The notes below the pieces were generated by a model that saw nothing but the letters and a program-made list of their open reading frames with translations, ran no database searches and was not told where the DNA came from. A stretch of 53,073 bases of DNA, taken from Chloracidobacterium sp. (GTDB taxonomy: Bacteria > Acidobacteriota > Blastocatellia > Pyrinomonadales > Pyrinomonadaceae). The position numbers and the translations under genes are program-made. The DNA is taken from contig JAYUDV010000328.1 in assembly GCA_043739565.1 (NCBI GenBank), forward strand, positions 1 to 53,073. The letters run 5' to 3'. Each line of letters begins with the position of its first letter. Within the stretch, counting starts at the first letter, position 1. Below are positions 7,904 to 17,427 of this stretch, piece after piece.

Positions 7904-9217
7904 TTATTTAGCGGCCTCGCTTGCGTGCCCGCCGGCATCTGACGCGAGATTTTCGGTGATCCGCTCAATATCGGCGCCCAAGCTGCGGAACTTTCGCACG
8001 ATAGTCTCATAGCCGCGATCGATATGGTAAACGCGGTCGATCGTCGTTTCACCTTGGGCGCACAAAGCAGCTAAAACAAGCGATGCCGAGGCCCGCAAAT
8101 CGGATGCTATTATCCGAGCTCCCATGAGCCGGGTCTTGCCTTTTACGAAAGCCTTGTTGCCCGAAATTTGAATATCCGCACCCATTCGGATGAGTTCGGA
8201 TGCATGCATAAAACGATTTTCAAATATAGTCTCGGTAATTGTCGACGTCCCTTCGGCCTGCGTCATTAACGCCATGTACTGCGCCTGCATATCGGTCGGA
8301 AAGTTAGGGTGAGGCTCGGTCGTAACGTTTTTTGCCTTGAGACCGCCCGAAGAGCATTTGACCAGCAGCGTGCTCTGGTTAAGCTCCTCAATCGCGACGC
8401 CCGCGTCACGCAGTTTCCGGATGACAGCCGTAAGATGTTCCGGCACACAACTTTTTATCTCGATCTCGCCATTTGTGATAGCCGCTGCAACGATAAAGGT
8501 GCCGGCTTCTATTCGATCAGGAATGATAGTATGTTCGGCACCGCCAAGAGCCTCGACTCCGTCGATCTGGATCGTAGAGGTGCCGGCTCCCTTGATACGC
8601 GCTCCCATTTTATTGAGAAGTTCGGCAAGATCCTCGATCTCGGGTTCCTCCGCCGCATTGTGAATGGTCGTTTTGCCTTTTGCCAGAGCAGCCGCCATCA
8701 TTACATTCTCGGTGCCCGTGACAGTTATCTTTTCAAAATTAATGGTGTTACCGACAAGGCGGCCCTTGGGCGCACGGGCGACGACATCCCCGGATTCGAG
8801 AGAAACGTCTGCTCCAAGCTGTTCAAAAGCCCTGAGGTGCAGATCGATCGGCCGCGTACCGATCGCACAGCCGCCCGGCAGGCTCACCTTTGCCTGTCCA
8901 AAGCGCGCCAAGAGCGGGCCCAACGCCAAAACGCTCGCACGCATCGTTTTCACTAATTCGTACGGTGCCTCAAAAACTTGGACATTCCCGGCGTTAACCT
9001 TGTGTGTTCTCAACTCCGGCGTCAAAACCGTCGCGCCGAGATCTTCGAGCAGCCGCCGCTGTGTGATGAGATCCTTTACATAAGGGACGTTGTGAAGCGT
9101 AACGGTTTCAGCCGTAAGAAGTGTTGCCGCAAGGCACGGAAGGGCCGAATTCTTGGCTCCGCCGATCTCGATCTTTCCCTTCAGCGGATTGCCGCCGCGA
9201 ACCAAAAATTTATCCAT
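7904..9217 (-). CDS. murA: UDP-N-acetylglucosamine 1-carboxyvinyltransferase
   Basis: MDKFLVRGGNPLKGKIEIGGAKNSALP N-terminus, active-site loop LPGGCAIGTRPIDLH, full-length EPSP-synthase fold. Short extra C-terminal tail. Confidence 0.95.
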   Translation of the reverse strand: MDKFLVRGGNPLKGKIEIGGAKNSALPCLAATLLTAETVTLHNVPYVKDLITQRRLLEDLGATVLTPELRTHKVNAGNVQVFEAPYELVKTMRASVLALGPLLARFGQAKVSLPGGCAIGTRPIDLHLRAFEQLGADVSLESGDVVARAPKGRLVGNTINFEKITVTGTENVMMAAALAKGKTTIHNAAEEPEIEDLAELLNKMGARIKGAGTSTIQIDGVEALGGAEHTIIPDRIEAGTFIVAAAITNGEIEIKSCVPEHLTAVIRKLRDAGVAIEELNQSTLLVKCSSGGLKAKNVTTEPHPNFPTDMQAQYMALMTQAEGTSTITETIFENRFMHASELIRMGADIQISGNKAFVKGKTRLMGARIIASDLRASASLVLAALCAQGETTIDRVYHIDRGYETIVRKFRSLGADIERITENLASDAGGHASEAAK

Positions 9218-9329
9218 AACAGACGTAAGATGCGGCGTACCGAGGTGCGAGGTACTAATTTTCCTTATACAAACGAAAACGAAATGTTATCACACGCGAT
9301 GAGCTTTTTATAGGAGAAATCATCTCCAT

Positions 9330-9980
9330 TTGCCTCTCCGCCTTGTCATTTCCAGCCGTGTATTTCAGAATCGTTACGACGTGTCAATTTCCTTACTACC
9401 TCCAGTCTTAGGTTCTACCGATCTGGCCAAAGCGGACGCGGATCTTGTACTAAGATGCCGGGGAAATGATCAGACGGCCTGGGACCAACTGGTTAACCGT
9501 TACCAACGCCTCATTTTCGCGATTCCGAGACGCGCGGGGCTAAGCGAAGAACAGGCTTCGGACGTATTTCAGGAAGTATTTCTCACACTCTTCGAAAAGA
9601 TCAATGAGATCAAGCAGCCTGACAGGATAAGGTCGTGGCTCGTAACCACCGCAAAATTCAAAACTTGGTCGGTAATACGTGGCTCTAAAGGGTTTTACTC
9701 ACCCGAATCGGAAGAGGAAATGGACGCCGAAATGGCGAGCCTCGCTGATCGCTCGCCGCTCGCCGACGAAACCTTGATCGAACTCGAGGAGCAGCATTTG
9801 ATCCGCACAGCCGTGCGTAACTTAGAGGAAAAGTGCCGGCAAATACTTTCTATGATCTACCTGAGCGAGCCGTCCGCAAGCTATGCCGAGGTGGCACTGG
9901 CGATCGGCGTTGGAGAAACAAGCATTAGCCCGATGCGGGCGCGCTGCCTTAAAAAACTTCAGACGATACTTACAAAATAA
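9330..9980 (+). CDS. ECF-type RNA polymerase sigma-70 family factor
   Basis: Region 2 (AWDQLVNRYQRLIFAIPRR...DVFQEVFLTLF) and region 4 HTH (ILSMIYLSEPSASYAEVALAIGVGETSISPMRARCLKKL). The true start may be downstream of 9330. Confidence 0.85.
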   Translation: MPLRLVISSRVFQNRYDVSISLLPPVLGSTDLAKADADLVLRCRGNDQTAWDQLVNRYQRLIFAIPRRAGLSEEQASDVFQEVFLTLFEKINEIKQPDRIRSWLVTTAKFKTWSVIRGSKGFYSPESEEEMDAEMASLADRSPLADETLIELEEQHLIRTAVRNLEEKCRQILSMIYLSEPSASYAEVALAIGVGETSISPMRARCLKKLQTILTK

Positions 9981-10051
9981 CGGTGAAATGTATTTTTTTG
10001 ATTTTCAGGAACACTGTATGAATGGAGAGAGTAAACCGACTCCGATGAAAA

Positions 10052-10546
10052 GTGATGAATAACTCGAAAGAAAAGATACTTGAACATATTGTGGGGCGAA
10101 TGCAGCAGGACAAAACGATTGACGCGCCCGCTGATGCGGTCAGATACGCCAAAAACCTTTACCGCACACGAGCGGCGGAGCCGAAACTTTCGATGATCCA
10201 TCGAGTTCTTGCGGTTATGCAGATCGATCTGGCTCCAAACCGCGCGGCATTTGGCGAACGTTCGGCAGCCGCATCGCAGGTTCGTCAGATGCTTTTCAGT
10301 GCGGGAGAAAACAGCGTTGATCTGAGAATCGAAAAAGACGGAAAAACTTTCAAGATAACAGGACAGATATTGGGCGAAGGATTTGCATCGGCGGAAGTAA
10401 AAATTAACGACACGGAAACCTCTTTTGAAACGCAAACAAATGATCTGAGCGAGTTTAAGGTTGAAAATATTGTGGAGGGAACATATGTTCTGGTATTGAC
10501 CGGAGACGACAAGGAAATTGTGCTTGAAAATTTGGAAATCAAATGA
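10052..10546 (+). CDS. Hypothetical soluble protein between the ECF sigma and TPR-CHAT genes (candidate non-canonical anti-sigma or substrate)
   Basis: 164-aa ORF with no TM segment and no zf-HC2 cysteines. The C-terminal part looks like a small beta-sandwich (VENIVEGTYVLVLTGDDKEIVLENLEI). It is followed by a strong terminator. Confidence 0.55.
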   Translation: MMNNSKEKILEHIVGRMQQDKTIDAPADAVRYAKNLYRTRAAEPKLSMIHRVLAVMQIDLAPNRAAFGERSAAASQVRQMLFSAGENSVDLRIEKDGKTFKITGQILGEGFASAEVKINDTETSFETQTNDLSEFKVENIVEGTYVLVLTGDDKEIVLENLEIK

Positions 10547-10650
10547 TGTTTCTCTTTCGGAAGCGTCGGAAATGCTTATCGTTATCTTAGAGTCTTAGAT
10601 CTTGCGGACAATCTTGGGCAATCTTAGCCTGTTCAATAACATGTTGAAAT

Positions 10651-10685
10651 AAGGGGCGGATATTATCCGCCCCTTATTGTTTTGT
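10651..10685 (+). terminator. Rho-independent terminator
   Basis: Perfect 10-bp stem AAGGGGCGGA / TCCGCCCCTT with a 5-nt loop, followed by ATTGTTTTGTT. Confidence 0.6.
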
Positions 10686-10703
10686 TATAGTGTTAATCGA
10701 GCT

Positions 10704-13523
10704 ATGCGGCGTCAGGAACTCATTAACAAACTGCTCGTTACAAACCAAAAGCATCACCATCGGTCTCTATTTAAGCAATATTCTGATTTGATTGACCTCC
10801 AATTGGCCGCAGATTTGAAAGATACTTGCTATGATTCGTGGACCAAAGCTCCGCAAAAAACACGCAACGCTGCAAAAGCATTAGAAGCGTTATGTAAGAT
10901 TTTTCCTGGCGATGAAGTTAAGGCCCTGGCGAGTTGGGCTAGAGGTATTGCATCTTTAACAGAAGGTAAAATAGAGAAAGCTATTGTCGAACTTGATATA
11001 TCTTCAGAAATATTTGGATCCCTGAAACAATTTAGTCAGTCGGCACAACCTAAAGTGAGCAAACTTTACGCTCTTTCTTTACTCGGTCGCTATGACGAAG
11101 CAGTTGAAACCGGCAAAATGGCGTTAAAGATTTTTGAAAAACACAGCGATCTTCTTGCCTCCGCCAAAATCGAGATGAATCTCGGTAATGTCTCTCTACG
11201 GCGGGAATTTTATGCGGATGCCGAAAAGTTTTTCCTTTCCGCCCGAAATAGATTTATCCATCTAAACGATACGAGGTGGTTGACGATGTGCGAAAACGAC
11301 CTCGCAATCACGTATTCCTCACTCAACGATTATCGCAGAGCGGAAAAATTCTACCGTCATGCTCTAACAAAGGCTCGTGAAATGAAAATGAGTGTAACTG
11401 AAGCAGAAATCGAGGCGAGCATGGGAAAACTCGCCCTTTTTCGCGGCAGATTTGACGAGGCATTACGCTTTCTACAACTTTCGAGGCAAAAATACGACGA
11501 GCTGAAAATGCCGCATCAAACCGCAATTGCCGAACTGGAAATCGCCGATGTTTATCTTGAATTGAATTTGTCCGACGAAGCGTTTTCGATCTATGCAAAC
11601 GTTACTGAATCGCTCAAACGCCTTAAATTGCAGGGCGAAGAAGCCCGGGCCCGGGCAAATTTCGGCAGAGCGGCACTGTTAAAAAACGACCGGAATAAAG
11701 CCAGACGCGAACTAAAAAAAGCGGAACGGCTTTATCTCATGGAAAAAAATCCGACTGGTGCGGCGGGCGTAAAATTAACCAAAGCCTCATTGGAACTATC
11801 GGGGGGAAATTACAAAAATGCCCTGAAAGCTATTCGCGAGTCCGAAAAACTTCTCAAAAAAACCGAGAATCCCCGATTAAAACTTCTTGCCCAATGGCTT
11901 CACGGCGAGACGTTGCGAAATTTGAATCAATTCAAAAGAACGGAAAAACTCCTGATGGCCACCTTTGCCGAAGCCATCCGCACTGAGCAATTAAATTTGG
12001 CGCAAATTTGTTTAATTTCGCTTGGAAACCTAGCGTTGCAAACCAACGACAATCGGACAGCCGAAGGCTATTTCAAAAGAGCCGTGAAAATGATCGAAAC
12101 GCTTCGCGAGCCTTTGCCCGCCGAAGAATTCAGGATGGCTTTTTTGGGTGATAAGCTGGCGCCGTTTGAGAGTTTAGCAAAACTTTACTTAACGGAAAAC
12201 GAATTGGAAAAAGCGTTTTTGATGATTGAAAAAGGCCGCGCGCGGACACTCTCGGAAAATCTGGATGGTGCTTTTGTCGGACAAAACGACAAAACTTCGT
12301 CGAAACTGCGTAAACAATCGGCGAACTTACGTGAAGAATTAAATTGGTTTTACAGCCGTCTCAATCGGGCCGAGGTCGGCGAATTTGAAAGTTTGCAAAA
12401 AGAAACGAGAAAGCGTGAAAAGCAAATTGCCGACGTTATGCGGCAGATCGAAAGCACACGCACCGATGCCGCCAAGGCAACATCGAAACACCGAAGCCAT
12501 CGTAAACAAGACAGCCTTAAACTTTTGCAAAACAAACTAGGGAAACAAAAGGCCTTGGTTGAATTTGTCAGTTTTGACGGTATGATTTCCGCTTTTGTGA
12601 TCGCCGATAAAACGATTGATTTTGTCGCGGATTTGGCGATGGAACCGGAGATTTTCGCGCTTCTCGAAGGCTTGCAATTCCAGTTTGGAGCTTTGCGTTT
12701 CGGGAAGCAAAATCTTTGTGCGTTTATACCCGATCTCAAAAACCGGGCCGATGCGTATTTGCAGAAATTATATGAAAAACTCATCAAGCCGCTCGAAGCA
12801 TTTATCGGCTCGCTCGATTTGGTCGTCGTTCCGGCCGGTCCGCTGCACTATGTGCCGTTTCATGCTCTGAATGACGGTAAAAAATATCTTATCGAAATGC
12901 GGGAAATCGTTCACTCACCAAGCGCTGCTATTTGGCGATTTTTGAGTAACGAGCCAGCGAAAAAAACACAGAATGCGCTGCTGATTGGCTTTGCGGACCA
13001 TAACATTCCATCAGTAAACGAGGAAATAGAAACCTTGCAAAAGATTTTTCCCACTGCAGTTTCTTTTACCGACAAAAAGGCGACGTTTGAAAATTACATC
13101 CAAAACGCCCATAAATTCGACGTTTTACATTTGGCGTGTCATGGACAATTTCGGCCTGATAATCCGATGTTTTCGAGTCTGCACCTGGCGAACGGATTCG
13201 TGACGGTACGAGATATTTGTGCTCAAAATCTAAAAGCCCAGCTTGTCACACTTAGTGCGTGCGAAACCGGATTGAACAAGATCTTTGCCGGCGACGAGAT
13301 TGTCGGGCTGGCACGAGGTTTCCTTTCTGCTGGATCAAAATCTCTAGTGTTGAGCCTCTGGACGGTCAGCGACGCGGCAACCACCGAATTGATGAAACAT
13401 TTTTACACTTGTTTACAACGTGGCGAGTCAGTTGCGGCATCTCTAAAAATGGCACAGATAACTTTTATTAACCGCTGCGAGCATCCTTACTTCTGGGCAT
13501 CATTTATTTCCATCGGTAGATAG
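10704..13523 (+). CDS. TPR-repeat protein with C-terminal CHAT (caspase-like) protease domain
   Basis: About 600 aa of TPR-like repeats, then a CHAT domain with the His/Cys dyad (VLHLACHGQF ... LVTLSACETGLN). No signal peptide. ATG 10704 (MRRQELINKLL) is preferred because the track start at 10677 lies inside the terminator hairpin. Confidence 0.85.
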   Translation: MRRQELINKLLVTNQKHHHRSLFKQYSDLIDLQLAADLKDTCYDSWTKAPQKTRNAAKALEALCKIFPGDEVKALASWARGIASLTEGKIEKAIVELDISSEIFGSLKQFSQSAQPKVSKLYALSLLGRYDEAVETGKMALKIFEKHSDLLASAKIEMNLGNVSLRREFYADAEKFFLSARNRFIHLNDTRWLTMCENDLAITYSSLNDYRRAEKFYRHALTKAREMKMSVTEAEIEASMGKLALFRGRFDEALRFLQLSRQKYDELKMPHQTAIAELEIADVYLELNLSDEAFSIYANVTESLKRLKLQGEEARARANFGRAALLKNDRNKARRELKKAERLYLMEKNPTGAAGVKLTKASLELSGGNYKNALKAIRESEKLLKKTENPRLKLLAQWLHGETLRNLNQFKRTEKLLMATFAEAIRTEQLNLAQICLISLGNLALQTNDNRTAEGYFKRAVKMIETLREPLPAEEFRMAFLGDKLAPFESLAKLYLTENELEKAFLMIEKGRARTLSENLDGAFVGQNDKTSSKLRKQSANLREELNWFYSRLNRAEVGEFESLQKETRKREKQIADVMRQIESTRTDAAKATSKHRSHRKQDSLKLLQNKLGKQKALVEFVSFDGMISAFVIADKTIDFVADLAMEPEIFALLEGLQFQFGALRFGKQNLCAFIPDLKNRADAYLQKLYEKLIKPLEAFIGSLDLVVVPAGPLHYVPFHALNDGKKYLIEMREIVHSPSAAIWRFLSNEPAKKTQNALLIGFADHNIPSVNEEIETLQKIFPTAVSFTDKKATFENYIQNAHKFDVLHLACHGQFRPDNPMFSSLHLANGFVTVRDICAQNLKAQLVTLSACETGLNKIFAGDEIVGLARGFLSAGSKSLVLSLWTVSDAATTELMKHFYTCLQRGESVAASLKMAQITFINRCEHPYFWASFISIGR

Positions 13524-13611
13524 TAAACTTGAAACGTGTCTTTTTGATTGAAACGAGAGCACTGTGGTAGTGGGTTGGGTATTTGGCACCATTACACATG
13601 TGAGGGGATTA

Positions 13612-14979
13612 ATGAGAAGAATTAGCTATCAGATCTGGCTGAAAACCGCATTTGCGATAGTGTTTATGTGCGCTTTTTCGATATTCGCTCGAGGAATGGA
13701 TGTAGCCTCGGGCTGCGACTGTAACCCGACGCAGGTCATCGTCCAGTTAAACAACGCCGCCGATCTGCCGGCTGTTGCCGACCAATACCATCTAAATTCA
13801 ACGCCGGTCGGGCAATTTGCTTCGCCGACGTACTACCTATTACAAATCCTGGACTCGCAAACGCCGCCGCAGGTTGTGACGGCGATGGCGGGTGACGCTC
13901 GTGTAAAAAAAGTAGAAGTAAACCGTATTTTTTCAAACGCGGAAGTTGGAGGGCTAAGTTGGACACGGGGACAATCGTGGGCGATCGGACAGTCATGGGC
14001 AATCGGCGGCAGTGCCAAAGGTTATGCAAGGCAATGGTTTCCGCAAAGAATTAGGCTAAACGAGGCTTTTGCCGCCGCCGGGACTCGAGGATTACGGGCT
14101 GATAACGGCCAACCGATCGTTGTCGCTGTGTTGGACACTGGCATCGACCTAAATCATCCCGCGTTTGCCGGACGACTCGTTCCACCGGCGGACCGCTGGG
14201 ATTTTGTTGACGGAGACAACGACCCGAGCGAGGTCGGCGTGCTTCATATCGATCCGGCATACGGACACGGCACACATGTCGCGGGAATTCTCGCTCTGAT
14301 GGTGCCCGACGCCAAGATAATGCCGATCCGCATCCTTAACCGCGATGGTTCCGGTGAGCTTTGGCGAATAACCGCCGGCCTCATCTGGGCCGCAAATCAC
14401 GGTGCGGATGTTGCAAATCTAAGTATTGGGTATCCAGAGAACGTGAGGATTCTACACGACCTCCTGGATTGTGAAGACCTGGGAATATCCGACGATGGGA
14501 CGACATTTCCGGAACTGGGAACGCATCGGATTGCCGTATCGGTTGCTTCGGGTAATGGCGGAAACCAGGTGAAGGTATATCCGGCCGCTGAAAATCGTTC
14601 CGGCATGCTTTCGGTTGCCGCCAGTACCCGGTACGACGAGCTTGCTGTTTTTTCGTCCTATCAGGTCGGATGGGTTAAAGTCACAGCACCGGGCGAGAAT
14701 ATCGTTAGCGCTCTGCCGGGCGGACGATATGGAATGTGGTCCGGAACCTCTATGGCCTCTCCAGTTGTCGCCGGTTTGGCCGCACTCTTAAAGGCTCAGT
14801 ATCCCGACCCAGCGACGTTCCCGACACCACACGACCTATTGAACCGGATCTTTCAGACATCCGTGGACAAGCGCATCGGAAACTCAAATTCCCTTCCCTT
14901 TGGTGTGATAAATTTGCACCGCATCGATGCCCTTTGCGCGGTAACAAATGATACTCATTGCCCGATTCCGGCTAACTGA
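13612..14979 (+). CDS. Secreted subtilisin-like S8 serine peptidase with I9-like propeptide
   Basis: Catalytic triad motifs VLDTGID, HGTHVAG, SGTSMASP. Signal-like N-terminus from ATG 13612 (MRRISYQIWLKTAFAIVFMCAFSIFARG) preceded by GAGGGGA. Contains an 18-nt tandem duplication at 13969-14004 (GQSWAI GQSWAI). Confidence 0.9.
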   Translation: MRRISYQIWLKTAFAIVFMCAFSIFARGMDVASGCDCNPTQVIVQLNNAADLPAVADQYHLNSTPVGQFASPTYYLLQILDSQTPPQVVTAMAGDARVKKVEVNRIFSNAEVGGLSWTRGQSWAIGQSWAIGGSAKGYARQWFPQRIRLNEAFAAAGTRGLRADNGQPIVVAVLDTGIDLNHPAFAGRLVPPADRWDFVDGDNDPSEVGVLHIDPAYGHGTHVAGILALMVPDAKIMPIRILNRDGSGELWRITAGLIWAANHGADVANLSIGYPENVRILHDLLDCEDLGISDDGTTFPELGTHRIAVSVASGNGGNQVKVYPAAENRSGMLSVAASTRYDELAVFSSYQVGWVKVTAPGENIVSALPGGRYGMWSGTSMASPVVAGLAALLKAQYPDPATFPTPHDLLNRIFQTSVDKRIGNSNSLPFGVINLHRIDALCAVTNDTHCPIPAN

Positions 14980-15051
14980 GCAACAACTTAGGCTTCGATA
15001 ATTTCTCGTAAAATAGTCGTCAATTTAGTGAGGGTTATCGAGCCAAGCGGG

Positions 15052-15078
15052 CCACGCATCCAGCGTGGTCTTTTTTTA
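15052..15078 (+). terminator. Rho-independent terminator after the S8 peptidase gene
   Basis: Stem CCACGC / GCGTGG, loop ATCCA, followed by TCTTTTTTTATT. Confidence 0.55.
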
Positions 15079-15173
15079 TTGCATAAATTGTCTTTTTCAA
15101 CTATCCGTTCCCACTGTGTTTATGACGGCACCCAAAAATTGGGTTAAACGAATAAAAAGGTTAGGTATTAAAA

Positions 15174-17270
15174 ATGAAAAAACGACAAATTCAAACTAAA
15201 AAGAGATCTTTTTTTAAAGTGGCCACAATTCTCGTGGTAATGGCCGCGTGGGTGACGATCCCGCTGCTGATCGATAAAGCAGAGGCCAGCGAAGGACGGC
15301 CGATCGCCGTTCGAACGGCAACTCTTATTGCACCCGGCGGAGGGGCAAACCCGCATGGTGCAGCTACATGGCAGTTGTACCCAAGATCCGTCCGTGAGAT
15401 CGAAATCGAAATCGAGGATGTCAATCTCGCCCCCGGAATATCCTTAACAGTCAATGTCGATGGCAACATAATCGGTCAGATCGTTTTAGACGCTACCCGT
15501 AAAGGGAAGCTCAAACTAAGCACGGAAGACGGCCAAGTGGTGCCGTCCGTCATTGACGGATCGACCGTCGACGTGCGCAACGGTACCACGATCCTTGTTG
15601 CCGGCGTATTCGCCAGCGGCGCTCCGACCCCGACCCCGTCGATTACACCGACAGGAACGCCTACCGGGACGCCAAGCCCTTCGCCCTCACCGACCGGAAC
15701 ACCAAATTCGGGTGACCTATTTGCCGGTTTAACCGGTTCGACCTTAAACGGTGTCCTGCCCCTCGGGTTCGCCGAGTTTGAGAATCACAGTAGCGAAGTC
15801 GAGTTGGAGATTCGTGTTCGACAGGTCAATTTGCCGATCGGTACATCCCTCGCTGTTTCAATTGATGGCAATTTGGCAGGCAGCTTTACTCTTCAGGATC
15901 GAGGCGAGGGAAGGCTCAAATTGAGCAATGAAAATGGCCAGACAGTACCCGCCGTCGTTGCCGGATCCGGCATTGTCGTAAAAAATGGCACCTCGACCGT
16001 GCTTTCGGGAACATTTGGAGGGTCTGTCGTGCCAAGCCCCACTCCGACCGGTACACCAGGACCGACGCCGAGTCCGAGTCCAAGGTTGGGCCGTTCGTTC
16101 GAAGCCCATCTTACCGGCAGCCAGGTGTCACCGCCGGTTACAACACCGGCAACGGGCGAGGTTAAACTCATTCTTGACGGCGCGGAAGCGCAGGCCACTG
16201 TATTTGGCGAATTCCACGGTCTTTCTAGCAATCAGATCGGTGCGAGGATAGAAACCACTGTGGGAACAGTAGCCTTAATACGCGACCTAGGAGCCATAGG
16301 TGGACGTAACGGAGAATTTGCATCGGCAACGTTTAGCATTTCGGCTGCTCAGGTTCAGCAGCTTCGGGCAGGACTTTTTTCAGTCGTTATCTCTAGTGTG
16401 AATAATCCTACCGGCGAGATTCGCGGTGCTATGACACAACATTCGCGCTTTGCGGATTTTGACGGCGACGGCAGACAGGATTTTGCTATTTTTCGGCCGA
16501 CGACGGGAGAATGGTGGTCGGCGAATGGCGATGGATATTCCGGACAGGCTCTCGGCGGCGCTAATGACCGGGTAGTTTCGGGAGACTACGATGGCGATGG
16601 AAAAACAGACGCGGCAGTGTTTTGTAACATCGCGGGCCAAGGGGTCTGGGAGATTCGACGGAGTTCCGATGCCGGCCTCACCAGAGTATATTTTGGCTTT
16701 CCAACTGACGTACCGGTTCGCGGTGATTTCGACGGGGACGGACGCCTTGACATCGCGGTATTTCGCCCGTCAGACGGGGTCTGGTATATCCAAAAGAGCG
16801 ACAATACCGGATATTCATTCATTCCATTCGGCCTCCCTGACGACATACCGATGCCAGCAGACATGGACGGTGATGGAAAGGACGACATCGTTGTCTTTCG
16901 TCCGAGTACTGGTGTTTGGTACTGGATCAGGAGTTCTGACGGCCAGTTTGGGGCCGTTGGCTGGGGTATGTCCGGAGATATTCCCGTTCGTGGTGATTTT
17001 GACGGTGACGGCAAGGCCGATCTAACCGTCTACAGACCGTCCACGGGTGTCTGGTACACACTTCGAAGCTCGGACGGCGGTTTTCAAGTGTCCGTCTGGG
17101 GACTGCCTACGGATATTCCCGTAGCCGGAAACTATGATGCTGACGGAAAAACAGATGTCGCCGTCTTTAGACCTTCGGATGGAAACTGGTACGTTCTTCG
17201 AAGTACGGATGGCAGCTACCAAGTGTTTAATTTTGGCATGAACGGCGACGTGCCTCTCGTTGCTCAATAA
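15174..17270 (+). CDS. Secreted multidomain protein: two repeated beta-sandwich-like modules, Pro/Thr linkers, CHRD-like domain, eight FG-GAP/VCBS-type repeats
   Basis: Signal or TM N-terminus. Two homologous modules (IEIEDVNLAPGISLTVNVDGNIIGQ... and LEIRVRQVNLPIGTSLAVSIDGNLAGS...). Linkers PTPTPSITPTGTPTGTPSPSPSPTGTP. CHRD-like end motif SVNNPTGEIRGAM. Eight copies of GDFDGDGKxDxxVFRPSxGxWY. Confidence 0.8.
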   Translation: MKKRQIQTKKRSFFKVATILVVMAAWVTIPLLIDKAEASEGRPIAVRTATLIAPGGGANPHGAATWQLYPRSVREIEIEIEDVNLAPGISLTVNVDGNIIGQIVLDATRKGKLKLSTEDGQVVPSVIDGSTVDVRNGTTILVAGVFASGAPTPTPSITPTGTPTGTPSPSPSPTGTPNSGDLFAGLTGSTLNGVLPLGFAEFENHSSEVELEIRVRQVNLPIGTSLAVSIDGNLAGSFTLQDRGEGRLKLSNENGQTVPAVVAGSGIVVKNGTSTVLSGTFGGSVVPSPTPTGTPGPTPSPSPRLGRSFEAHLTGSQVSPPVTTPATGEVKLILDGAEAQATVFGEFHGLSSNQIGARIETTVGTVALIRDLGAIGGRNGEFASATFSISAAQVQQLRAGLFSVVISSVNNPTGEIRGAMTQHSRFADFDGDGRQDFAIFRPTTGEWWSANGDGYSGQALGGANDRVVSGDYDGDGKTDAAVFCNIAGQGVWEIRRSSDAGLTRVYFGFPTDVPVRGDFDGDGRLDIAVFRPSDGVWYIQKSDNTGYSFIPFGLPDDIPMPADMDGDGKDDIVVFRPSTGVWYWIRSSDGQFGAVGWGMSGDIPVRGDFDGDGKADLTVYRPSTGVWYTLRSSDGGFQVSVWGLPTDIPVAGNYDADGKTDVAVFRPSDGNWYVLRSTDGSYQVFNFGMNGDVPLVAQ

Positions 17271-17274
17271 TAAT

Positions 17275-17300
17275 AAGGTGGGTTAAATCCACCTTTTTCT
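17275..17300 (+). terminator. Rho-independent terminator after the FG-GAP gene
   Basis: Stem AAGGTGG / CCACCTT, 7-nt loop, followed by TTTCT. Confidence 0.55.
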
Positions 17301-17391
17301 AGCAACCATTGTAGACTCACGAATCATCGTACGAACGGCTTCAAACATGCAGAAAGTATGACAGCTATTATGAATTTGTTTGAAGTCTTTT

Positions 17392-17423
17392 CCCCGGCTA
17401 AATAACCCTCCTTTTAGCCGGGG
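17392..17423. terminator. Hairpin between convergent genes (possible terminator for the DinB-family gene)
   Basis: 11-bp stem CCCCGGCTAAA / TTTAGCCGGGG with a 10-nt loop. The flanking U-tract is weak on both strands. Confidence 0.4.
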
Positions 17424-17427
17424 ACTT

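Noticed and set aside
9330-13523. A type III-E CRISPR-Cas locus (because of TPR-CHAT plus an ECF sigma factor).
   Set aside because: There is no Cas7-11/gRAMP-like giant gene, no Csx31-like gene that I can recognise, and no repeat-spacer array anywhere in the window. Only the analogy of the proteolytic signalling arm is retained, as a hypothesis.
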